This document shows, piece after piece, positions 8,734-18,209 of a DNA stretch of 64,000 nucleotides. Each line of letters starts with the position of its first letter. Position 1 is the first letter of the stretch. This DNA is from Candidatus Latescibacterota bacterium (lineage in GTDB: Bacteria; Latescibacterota; UBA2968; UBA8231), in contig OZ252098.1 in assembly GCA_965248355.1 (NCBI GenBank), positions 2,496,001 to 2,560,000 on the forward strand, written 5' to 3'. Position numbers and translations under genes: made by a program. Under the pieces are notes generated by a model, which saw nothing but the letters and a program-made list of their open reading frames with translations, did not search any database and was not told the DNA's origin.

Positions 8734-11700
8734 CTACCGGATGATCATCAACTTTCGGCTCTTGACCTGCTCCCCGGCACGGAGTTTGGCCACGTAGACG
8801 CCGGTGCTCACCGACCGCCCCTGGCTATTCTTACCGTCCCATACCACGCTATGCTCCCCCGCCAGCCACGGTCCAAACGGTACCAGGGTCCGCACCTTCT
8901 GCCCCAGCATGTTGTAGATCTCAAGCTCGACAGGCATGGCCTCGGGCAAGGTGAACCGGAAAGCTATCGCCGGGTTGGCCGGATTGGGGGCAGCCTCCAA
9001 GACAATCCCAGAGGGCTCCTCCTCTGAGGGCTCTTCTAGAGCGTAAGCCACCAGCTCTGGACGGGAAGGACCCATACTTACCCACCCTTCCAAGTCAGCC
9101 AGCGCCATCCGCGCCAGCTCGGCTTCCTCTTCTCCAGCAAAGTCCACCGCTATCGCTGCATACTCCGCCCGAGCCGCCTCAATGTCGAACAGGTAGTGGT
9201 GGTAGACATCCGCAATGTTGATCCGCGCCGACCCGCCCTAGGGCGACGTGGGGGCTGGCGACGCTATTGCCCGGTAGCCCTCCAGCGCCTCGGCAATTCG
9301 CCCAGCATTCAGCAAACTACGCAGCTTCCAGTCCCGAGCCCTTCGGCGCATGCCCGGAGTAGTCGCTCGTTGTTCCACGTCACCGGCCAGCTCCGAAAAA
9401 ACCAGCATGTCTTGCCCGGTGTTGCGCCACGTGGTATACAGTCGACTCAGCGCGCGTCGCGTTTTGGGATGGTCCGGGTAGTCCACGACCACATCCCGGT
9501 ATATCTCTGCGGCCGCCCTCAACTCCCCAGCGTTTTCTAATTCCCGGGCCTGTTCAAGTTGTACCGTTACACCATCTACGACCATCTTTGGGGTGCCGGG
9601 AATGTTCTCGGTGGTGTCGAGAGGCGAGTGAATGATATAGGGCTCCGGCGAGAATATGGCCGTAGAATCAGGATCGGAACTACCCCACCAGTTGTTGCGC
9701 ACGCGGAGGGTATCGAACGTCTCGGATTGATCGATATACACCGCGTAGCCAGAACCGGTTGGGACAATGTCGTTAAGCTCTGACGATGCATCGTCAAGAT
9801 CGGGTTGGCATTCTCGTCTTAGAAAGAGTTCATAGGAGCCATTGCTGTAGAAATCGTTCGGATTGTCAGGGTCGTCCATATCGGGCGTGGTGCCATTGAA
9901 CATGCGAAATCCAATCGTGTCATTATAAGCAATCGTACAGCTCTTGAGCGTAGGAGCCGTATCGCTGCCGTAAGCGTAGATACCCCAATAGGTGCTTGAA
10001 TCGACCCTACTGCTATCCAACGTTGAGGTAGTACCGGCCCGAATCTCGACGCCCCTATTATTATCGCGGACAGTACAGCCATATATGGGCACCGTGCAGT
10101 CTGACAGGTAGAGTCCCACTGCTACGTTCTCGGCTATAGTATTGTTCTGGATGCCATTGCCCGTACCGCTGACATTGTACAGATAGAGCCCATAATTGTT
10201 GTCCCTCAGGGTGTTGTTCTGGATCGTTGGGCTAGTAAAGTTCCCCTGTATCCCACTCACACAGGTCGAGATCTCGTTGTTGTTCAGTTCTGCTGGTGTG
10301 GCCGAGTAACCATAAATCCCATTCTGGGCGTGTTGGATAACTGAGTAATTGACTTTACAACTGGCATCGACACTGCTATCCCAGAAAATAATGCCATCCC
10401 AATCGCCTTTCTCTGGAGAAGTCGCATCGGACTTAAAGGTGATCTTGTTCGTGCTAGTGCCTTCGGCCACGAGAGTCCCGTGAACCTCCAACGCGGACTT
10501 GCCGGTGTAAGGGGCGCTGTTCTGGTCATCCGAGTCTGCCGCAAACGTCACCGTTGTACCCGGCCGAACCGTCAAGGTGTCCTCACTTTGAATCTCCACA
10601 TCCCCGGTCACATGAATAGTGCCTGCCCAGAGATGGCTATCGGCTGAGCTGCCAGAGACAAGAGCGGGATAGACGAACTCAGCCCCACTAATGTCGTCAT
10701 CGGTTAGATCTCTTTGGTAAGTGCTTTCAGGCACGGGCCTGCCATACATCGTCTTCAAACTGTCGGCACTGCCGTAGAGATCTGCAAGAGCGAGGGTATG
10801 ACCTATTTCGTGCGTTGCTACGTTCCGTACATCATGACGTCCTGTTTCTCCCGTTGTCGTCCAATGAAGAAGATCGTTGAGTATCAGGTCCACCTCGGTG
10901 ATGGTGTTAGTACCCGCCTCCGTAACAACTGCATATACGGCGATGGTGGATGAATCTTCTAAGTCGGCCCAGGCCACCAAGTTCACCCCATCCACCGCGA
11001 TCGATGTTAGCGTTGTATCCGCGCCACGCTCGTAGGCCATATAAGAACCGCCGATGTTCTGCCAGGTGTCAAACGAGGCCTCAACTGCTGCAAATTCTCC
11101 TTCACAGTCCGCAGTGCCACTACTGTTCATACGGTACACCATTGGAATCGAACTATCTGGCCACCTGTGAGCATTGCCAAAAATGATGTTCAGCACTTGA
11201 CTGCTCGAGACAGTGTCGTCTGAGGCTGTCTTAACGTAAACCCTTCCACTGCTGGGAAAGGAGTAGGTACCGAAACTACCAGTTTCCATGCGGTGTTCAG
11301 GCACAAATGTAATCAGAGTGTCAGTCCAAGAGGGAACTTCATGGACGTGGGCCCACTCATTGCCCAGCAAGTATAGGTAAACGTTGCCTTCATCTGTCCC
11401 GAAATTGCTACCAACGATCGTTACAGTGTCTTGTGTGCCGGCGGCCACCGAGTCTGGAGAGATACTCGATATTGCTGGACTATTCTGCAACCGTTTCCTC
11501 GCCGGCTCTTGTTCAATACCCAGTTCCTGAAAATGTCGTTTGGTTTTCAACTGGGCAGTTCGTAGTTCAACATCGAGAAAGGTCAGCACTTTCGCCGAAT
11601 GATCGGCAAGTCGCTGCCATTCGCCCTCCCACATGGGATTCCCATGGGTACCACCGCGAAACATGGGGCCGGTCATGCCTTGGGCCCCTGCTACGACATC

Positions 11701-12117
11701 CCATTCTCCGACTAAATCTCTATACTCGGCCCACCCATCGTCCCGGTATCTCCGGAGACAAACTACCACCACCTCATTGTCAAAAAAGATCGCTGGAATA
11801 AGACCGTATACCACCCCCCCTACGATACCAGTCCATTCCACGACAGACAGTTCCTCGTCCGCGAAATCGGGCTCTTCCCCTTTCCCCGCCGCTTCGGTCA
11901 AGTCCCAGAGTACGCGCAAGTGAGTGCGCGTAAAGACTTTGAGTCCGTCATCGAAATTTTCCGAAGTCAATACCTGTGCTAGTACAATCCGTTCGGATTG
12001 GGCGACTATATCTTCCAGGGGAATAATCCGGATCGACCCTGCCCACGCCATAGAAACCAGGCATAGCCAGGGAAACGTTCCCAATGCAATGATCAGGATC
12101 CGATCCTTGAGTTTCAT
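8734..12117 (-). pseudogene. Secreted multidomain protein (IPT/TIG, matrixin-like Zn protease, right-handed beta-helix, TPR, FlgD-Ig) with one in-frame TAG at 9238-9240
   Basis: Signal peptide; HEIGHTLALAD; parallel beta-helix repeats; frame continues past the TAG to PNPANP...IYNMLGQKVRTLV...WDGKN...GVY. Confidence 0.8.
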
Positions 12118-12190
12118 CTCAACTCTCCCGGAAACCAGTAATTGGTTGAGCCTGGGTTCCTGCCTCAGGCATGCGAGTGCTTTCGTCTAA

Positions 12191-13260
12191 GGCTTTGTCC
12201 CGAAACAGATGATTCACTTCAACCCTCAGTGGCCGGCCGGATCGTGTAGTTCCAATCCCCGTGGAACGCATGGGGCGAGAGATGGATCCGCTCCATTTGC
12301 TCGTCCTTGACGACCACGGCCTTGGGATACGCTCGCTTGTCGATCTCGGCGCGCACGCGAAGCCCTTTCTTCGTTGTCGTCCGGCCGATCAGGTTGACTA
12401 CCGTGGCCAGACTGACCAGAGGTTGGCCTCGCCAGTTCATGGCGATATAGGAGAACAGGCGATGCTCGATGCGGTTCCACTTGCTCGTGCCCGGCGGATA
12501 GTGACAGACCGTGATCGTCAGGCCCGTGCGATCGGCCAAGCGCTGCCATTCCCATTTCCACAGTCGCAGTCTCGGGCCGTTGCGGCCCCCCGCATCGGCC
12601 GTGATCCACAGGCGGGAGGCCGCCGGGTAGGCGGCCCGTCCCATGCGTTTCCACCAGCTGCGGATGGCGTTCACCGCGAACCCGGCGGTGTCGTGGTCGA
12701 CCCCGACGCTGACCCAGCCCTCGTTGCGGCTCAGGTCGTAGACCCCGTAGGGAATCGCCTGGCCCTGGGTGGGGATGATGAAGTCGTGGACCTTCACGCG
12801 CTCCGGATCGCCCTTCGGACGCCAGGCCCGCCCCCCGTTCTTGAAGTTGCCGATCAGTTCCTTCTTCTTGGTGTCCACCGAAATGACCGGCTGGCCTTGG
12901 GCCTGGGCCCTTCGGACCTGGTCGTGGAGATAGTGAAACTGGGCGTCCCGATCCGGGTGTTGGGTGCCTTCTTTCGTCTTGCGATTCGCCTGCAGCGTGT
13001 AGCCGAGCTCGTGCAACAGTCCGTTGACGAGGCCAGGACTCACCGAATGGCCCAGGGCCTGCAACTCGACCGCCAACTTGCGGATGCTCTTCGACGTCCA
13101 TCGCAAGGGGCTGTCGTCCGGCGCCCCGGCGGTGACCGGTTCGAGCAGGGCATTGAGGTCCGACAACAGCGTCACGTCGGTGTCGATGCGCCGCTTGCGG
13201 CCGCCGCCCGGCCGCCGCACACGGCCGGGGTCCAACGGGGCGTCCGACCGCAGTTCCTGC
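12191..13260 (-). mobile_element. ISAzo13 copy 2, 5'-truncated
   Basis: Near-identical to 7397-8467; stops abruptly at CAGTTCCTGC. Confidence 0.9.
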
Positions 13261-13949
13261 GTGACGTTCTTGAAGCTGTGCTTTGGATTCTCAATACCGG
13301 GGCTCAATGGCATATGTTGCCGCAGTGCTATCCGAACTACAAAACCGTGCATCGCCGTTTTCAAAATTGGTGTCGTCAAGGGGTGTTACGCGAAGTTCTC
13401 GTGGACCTGGCCCAGACTCTTCACGAGCAAGGGGACTTGGACGAATCGGAAGCTTTCATTGATGGCATGTTCTCGGCGGCCAAGGGTGGAGGTGCCGATA
13501 TCGGCCACACCAAGCGAGGCAAGGGCGTACGAGTCATGGGGATCGTGGACCGCCATGGGCTTCCCTTGTCGGTGAGCACGCATGCAGCGAACCATCATGA
13601 AGTGACGCTGGTTCAGTTGACGTTTGACTTCTACCTGATCGAAGACAAACCCAAGAACTTGATTGGAGACAAAGCCTACGACAGCGACCCGTTAGATGAG
13701 GAGCTGAAGAAAGAAGGGGTCGAGATGATCGCTCCCCATCGCCAGAACCGAACCAAGAAAAAGACTCAGGACGGACGCCGATTGCGTCGCTATGTGCGGC
13801 GTTGGATGGTGGAGAGATTCTTCGCTTGGCTTCAATGGCAGCGTCGAGTGATCACTCGCTGGGAATTGTATCCGGAGAATTTTCTTGGCTTCGTCCAACT
13901 TGCCTCCATCCTGATTTTACTTAAGCAATTTCAATTTTGAGATAGGTTC
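13261..13949 (+). mobile_element. IS5-family transposase remnant, 5' end lost
   Basis: RDVLEAVLWILNTGAQW...FIDG...IGDKAYDSD...RWMVERFFAWL; stop at 13940, then TTTTGAGATAGGTTC end. Confidence 0.85.
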
Positions 13950-14227
13950 ATGATACCATCCTCCTTGTCGAAAGGCAAGTTTTTTTTCTCCAAGCTGCCC
14001 GTGCCACGCAGCCTACCCCAGCTACACCTGACCCGTCACACCTAACCCATTGAACCATAGTAGGATAGGGAGAAGAGTTAGGGGGCAAAGCGGACGATTA
14101 GGGCCAAACGGCCTGAGCGCCACGACGCGCTCTATCTCGTGGTGAACGTGCCGCACCCTTAGATCTCCATCTCCCTACGTTCGTCGCTCAGGGCCCCGAT
14201 GACTGCCTTGACAGGTGCAGTCTACCA

Positions 14228-14968
14228 TCATGGGCCAGACAGGCTCCCCGCCCAGACCTCGCGCGCGGCGCCGCCCACCTCCAGAAGCAGTTGCCCGCCG
14301 TCACCGAAGCCGGCGAGCTTGCCGCTGAGCCGCTGCCCGTCGTCGACCACGGTGACCCGCTCCCCGAGGCCGGCGCAGCGGGCCTCCCAGCCGGCGCGCA
14401 GGGCGGGGAAACCGCCCGCCGTCCAGGCCTCCAGCCACGGCGTCAGCCGCCGCAGCAGTGCGGGCAGCACCTCCTGCGGCGAGGGCGCCGAGCCGATCTC
14501 CACGAGGACGGAGGTAGCCGGCTGATCGATCGCCTCCGCCTCGGCCCGGGTCATGCCGAGGTTCAGGCCGATGCCGAGCACAACCAGGCCGGGGGATCTG
14601 TCACCCGGCGCCGGCTCGGGCAGGATCCCGGCGATCTTGCGGCGGCCCACGATGACGTCGTTGGGCCACTTGGTCTGCGCCGTCAGGCCGTGCTCCTCCA
14701 GGCAGTCGGCTGCGCCCAGGGCCGCGGCCATGGACAGGGATCCCAGCTGCCGCGCGCCGGCCCCGGCGGCTTCAAGCACCAGGGAGAAGGCGAGGTCGCT
14801 CCCCGGGCGCGAGACCCAGGTGCGTTGCCCGCGCCCACGGCCCCCGGTCTGGTCGTCGGTGGCCAGGACGGTCCCCGGAGGCGCCCCCGCACCGCTGCCG
14901 ATGCGCTCCAGGAGGAGGGAGTTCGTCGAGGGGACCTGCTCGATCCATTCAGGAGGGCGGAATTTCAT
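14228..14968 (-). CDS. birA: biotin--[acetyl-CoA-carboxylase] ligase (no HTH)
   Basis: STN, QTGGRGRGQRTW, KWPND, KIAGIL, GIGLN. Confidence 0.92.
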   Translation of the reverse strand: MKFRPPEWIEQVPSTNSLLLERIGSGAGAPPGTVLATDDQTGGRGRGQRTWVSRPGSDLAFSLVLEAAGAGARQLGSLSMAAALGAADCLEEHGLTAQTKWPNDVIVGRRKIAGILPEPAPGDRSPGLVVLGIGLNLGMTRAEAEAIDQPATSVLVEIGSAPSPQEVLPALLRRLTPWLEAWTAGGFPALRAGWEARCAGLGERVTVVDDGQRLSGKLAGFGDGGQLLLEVGGAAREVWAGSLSGP

Positions 14969-15293
14969 TCGGTCTGCTCCGGGGCGGTCTGCTGAGTATC
15001 GGCATCGCTCCGGCGGGCGCCAATGGGCCGGGTTTGACCTGCCACGCACGGCACCCTCCCTTCAGGTCGCCACTGCAAGGGGAGCCTCTCATGAAACGCG
15101 CCATCCAGAGTCCCGGCCATCGGCCGAGGGGCCAGCACTCCCGCCGGGTCCGGGCGACGGAACGGTTGACCGCCTCCTCGGGGCGACCCTGCCGACCGTG
15201 GATGCGGCCGATGCCCGCGACCAGCACAGGAACCGCGGCTCCGACGAGGCCATCGCAGCAGGCCCCCAGCCGCCGCCCCCCGGAGATCACCCC

Positions 15294-16487
15294 GTGAGCC
15301 GCTTCGGCGACCTCCCCCTCTCCCGCCCCGCCCACGGCGACTACGGCAGCCTCGAGGAGCCGGTGCGGCGCATCCGCGCCCACCGCCCCCTCGACCTGAA
15401 CGCCGAACGCTGGAGGGCCCGCCACCCCGGCGGCTCCTTCGAGGTCTGGCGGGAGCAGACGCGGGGCTGCCTGCTGCAGGGCCTGCACTGCGATCCGGGG
15501 CCCGCGGACCTGCGCCCGGAGATCCTGGAGTCCGTGGAGCGGGACGGCCTGGTGGTCGAGCGTGTCGCCTTCGACGCGACCCCCTGGAGCCGCCTCCGCG
15601 GCTACTTCCTGCGCCCGACGGAGGGACAGGGCCCCCTGCCGGGGCTGGTCGTGTTCCACGCCTGGGGCGGGCCCATGCTGTTCGGCAAGGAGCGCGTCGT
15701 GAACTGCGGCCGCGACCATCCCGTGCTGGTAGAGCACCGGCGCAAGTACTACGGCGGCCGCTACCTGGCCGAGGTCTTCGCCGCCGCCGGGTACGCCGTA
15801 ATCGTCGTCGACGCATGGCACTTCGGCGAGCGCGCCCCTCGGGGGCTGGACGCCGGCGGCCTGGGGATACCCGCCCGCTACGATCCCTTCGACCTGAAGG
15901 AGGCGGAGTACGAGGAGCTCGACGGCCGGGTGCGGCAGGCCCTCTACCTGGGCGTGCGCCAGCTCAACTGGGCCGGCACCACCTGGATGGGGGTCAACTA
16001 CTGGGACGACAGCCGCTGCGTCGACTACCTGCTCTCACGCCCCGAGGTGGACGGCGAGCGGATCGGCTGCACCGGCCTGTCGGGGGGCGGCTGGCGCACC
16101 AACGTGCTCGCCGCCCTGGACGGGCGCATCAAGGCGTCGGTCAGCGTCGGCTGGATGACCACCGGCGACTACCAGCAGGTCTACAACGTGGACGGGGCGA
16201 TCGGGACCTTCTGCCTGCTGCCGGGGGTGTGGGACCGCCTCGACGTGCCGGACCTGACGATCATGTCGGCGCCGGCGGCCGGCATGGTGGTCTCGGGGCG
16301 GCGGGACGAGTTGTTCCCCGTGGAGGGCCAGGCCGACGCCGCTCGCCAGATCCGGGCGGGGTATGAATGGGCGGGCTGCGGGGATCGCTTCCGCGACTAC
16401 CGGCCCGACAAGGACCACTGCTACGACGCTGGAATCCAGGCCGAGGCCGTGGCCTGGTTCGGCCGGCACCTGGGCGCCGGCGGCTGA
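15294..16487 (+). CDS. alpha/beta hydrolase (dienelactone hydrolase/acetyl esterase-like)
   Basis: GCTGLSGGG nucleophile elbow, DELFP and H near the C-terminus; start inferred. Confidence 0.8.
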   Translation: MSRFGDLPLSRPAHGDYGSLEEPVRRIRAHRPLDLNAERWRARHPGGSFEVWREQTRGCLLQGLHCDPGPADLRPEILESVERDGLVVERVAFDATPWSRLRGYFLRPTEGQGPLPGLVVFHAWGGPMLFGKERVVNCGRDHPVLVEHRRKYYGGRYLAEVFAAAGYAVIVVDAWHFGERAPRGLDAGGLGIPARYDPFDLKEAEYEELDGRVRQALYLGVRQLNWAGTTWMGVNYWDDSRCVDYLLSRPEVDGERIGCTGLSGGGWRTNVLAALDGRIKASVSVGWMTTGDYQQVYNVDGAIGTFCLLPGVWDRLDVPDLTIMSAPAAGMVVSGRRDELFPVEGQADAARQIRAGYEWAGCGDRFRDYRPDKDHCYDAGIQAEAVAWFGRHLGAGG

Positions 16488-16509
16488 GGCGCGGGCGGCT
16501 GAGGGCCGC

Positions 16510-16866
16510 TCAGCTCTTCTCGGCCTCGATCTGCCGGAAGGGCGCCTCGTTGACGTACTCCTCCACCACCTTGCCGCCGATGAGGTGCTCGGTGATGATG
16601 CGCTCCAGCTTCTCCACCGTCATCGAGTGGTACCAGGTCTGCTCGGGGTAGACCAGCACCGTGGGCCCGCGCTCGCACACGCGCAGGCAGTCCGCCTTGC
16701 TGCGGTGGATCCCGGAGAGGGGATCGCCGTACCCCAACTCGCGCAGGCGGTTCTTCAGGTAGTCCCAGCACTCCTCCCCGGTGCCGTCGGTGTGGCACTT
16801 CGGCTTGGTCGGCGTGGCGCACAGGAAGATGTGGCGCCGGATCGTCTTGTCGGTCTGCTCGCTCAT
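16510..16866 (-). CDS. thioredoxin-like [2Fe-2S] ferredoxin
   Basis: HIFLC...KC...CLRVCERGPTVLVYPEQTWY...IITEHL. Confidence 0.9.
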   Translation of the reverse strand: MSEQTDKTIRRHIFLCATPTKPKCHTDGTGEECWDYLKNRLRELGYGDPLSGIHRSKADCLRVCERGPTVLVYPEQTWYHSMTVEKLERIITEHLIGGKVVEEYVNEAPFRQIEAEKS

Positions 16867-18209
16867 GCCCTCCACTCCTCGTCCAGGCGCCGGTGCGCGT
16901 ACGGCCTCGGCTGGTCCCCTTCGTAGTAGCCCACGGTGTGTCCCTCCCCCTCCATGAGGTATTTGTAGGTCGTCAGTCCTTCCAGCCCCACCGGACCGCG
17001 GCTGTGCAGGCGCCCGGTGCTGATGCCGACCTCGGCGCCCAGGCCGAAGCGGAAGCCGTCGGCGAACCGGGTCGACGCGTTCACGAAGACCGACGCCGAG
17101 TCCACGCCCTGCAGGAAACGCACCGCCGCCGCCCGGTCCTCGGTGACGATGGTATCGGTGTGGGCGCTGCCGTAGCGATTTATGTGGTCCACGGCCTCCT
17201 CCAGGCCGTCCACCACCTTCACCGCCAGGATGTAGTCGAGGTACTCGGCGCTCCAGTCCTCCTCGGAGGCCGCCCGCACCCTGCCGTCGCCGGCGATCCT
17301 GCGCGTGCGGGGGTCGCCGCGCAGCTCCACCTCGGCCTCGGCCAGCCGGCCCAGCGCCGTTCCGAGGAATGCGTCGGCCACGCCGGCGTGGACCAGCAGG
17401 GTCTCGGCCGTGCAGCAGGTGGAGACGTCCTGCACCTTGGCGTCCACCGCCACCGTCAGGGCCTTGTCGAGGTCGGCCGCGGCGTCGACGTAGACGTGGC
17501 AGACGCCGTCGGAGTGGCCGGTGACGGGGATCTTGGTGTGGTCCATGATGTAGCGCACGAAGTCGTTGCCGCCGCGGGGGATGATCAGGTCGATGGCGTC
17601 GTCCTGGTCCAGCATGGAGCGCACGTCCTCGCGCGTCTCCAGCAGGGTGAGCCAGCCGCCGGGAAGGCCCTCGACGCCCGCCGTGGCACGCACGATCAGG
17701 TCGGCCAGGGCGCGGTTGGATCGGGCCGCCTCGGAGCCGCCCTTCATGAGCACGGCGTTTCCCGACTTCAGGCAGAGGGCGGCGATCTGCACCAAGGCGT
17801 CGGGCCGGGACTCGAAGATCACTCCGATCACGCCGATGGGCACGCTCACCCGGAAGAGCCGGAGCCCGTCGTCGACCTCGGTGGCGCGCTGCGTCCGCCA
17901 CAGCGGGTCCTCCAGGGAGGCGACGCTGCGCACGCTCTCGACGGCGCGCTCGTACTTGCCCGAGGCCAGGTCCAGGCGCGACACCAGCGGGTCGGCCAGC
18001 TCGCCGCGGGCGGCCAGGTCCTGCGCCTCCCGGCGGTCGTCGGCGTTGGCCTCCAGCATCGCCTCCCGCTCCGCCTCCAGGGCCCGGGCGATCGCCTCCA
18101 GGCCGGCGTCGCGCACCCGGCCCGGGGTGGCCGCCAGCTTGCGGCCCGCCTCCCGGGCCTCCAGGGCAGGGCCGCGCAGGTCGGCCGGGGTCTCGGCAGC
18201 GGTGCTCAC
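16863..18209 (-). CDS. proA: glutamate-5-semialdehyde dehydrogenase
   Basis: VIFESRP, KGGSEA, IIPRGG, NASTRFADG and GAEVGIST...RGPVGLEGL. Confidence 0.96.
   Translation of the reverse strand: MSTAAETPADLRGPALEAREAGRKLAATPGRVRDAGLEAIARALEAEREAMLEANADDRREAQDLAARGELADPLVSRLDLASGKYERAVESVRSVASLEDPLWRTQRATEVDDGLRLFRVSVPIGVIGVIFESRPDALVQIAALCLKSGNAVLMKGGSEAARSNRALADLIVRATAGVEGLPGGWLTLLETREDVRSMLDQDDAIDLIIPRGGNDFVRYIMDHTKIPVTGHSDGVCHVYVDAAADLDKALTVAVDAKVQDVSTCCTAETLLVHAGVADAFLGTALGRLAEAEVELRGDPRTRRIAGDGRVRAASEEDWSAEYLDYILAVKVVDGLEEAVDHINRYGSAHTDTIVTEDRAAAVRFLQGVDSASVFVNASTRFADGFRFGLGAEVGISTGRLHSRGPVGLEGLTTYKYLMEGEGHTVGYYEGDQPRPYAHRRLDEEWRA

Noticed and set aside
9238..9240. Genome-wide TAG recoding
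   Set aside because: TAG ends several normal genes here (thiN, GNAT 39063, hydrolase 40086, TonB 53727)
12261..13940. 559-aa ORF as a novel fusion protein
   Set aside because: Antisense ISAzo13 frame running by chance into the IS5 remnant
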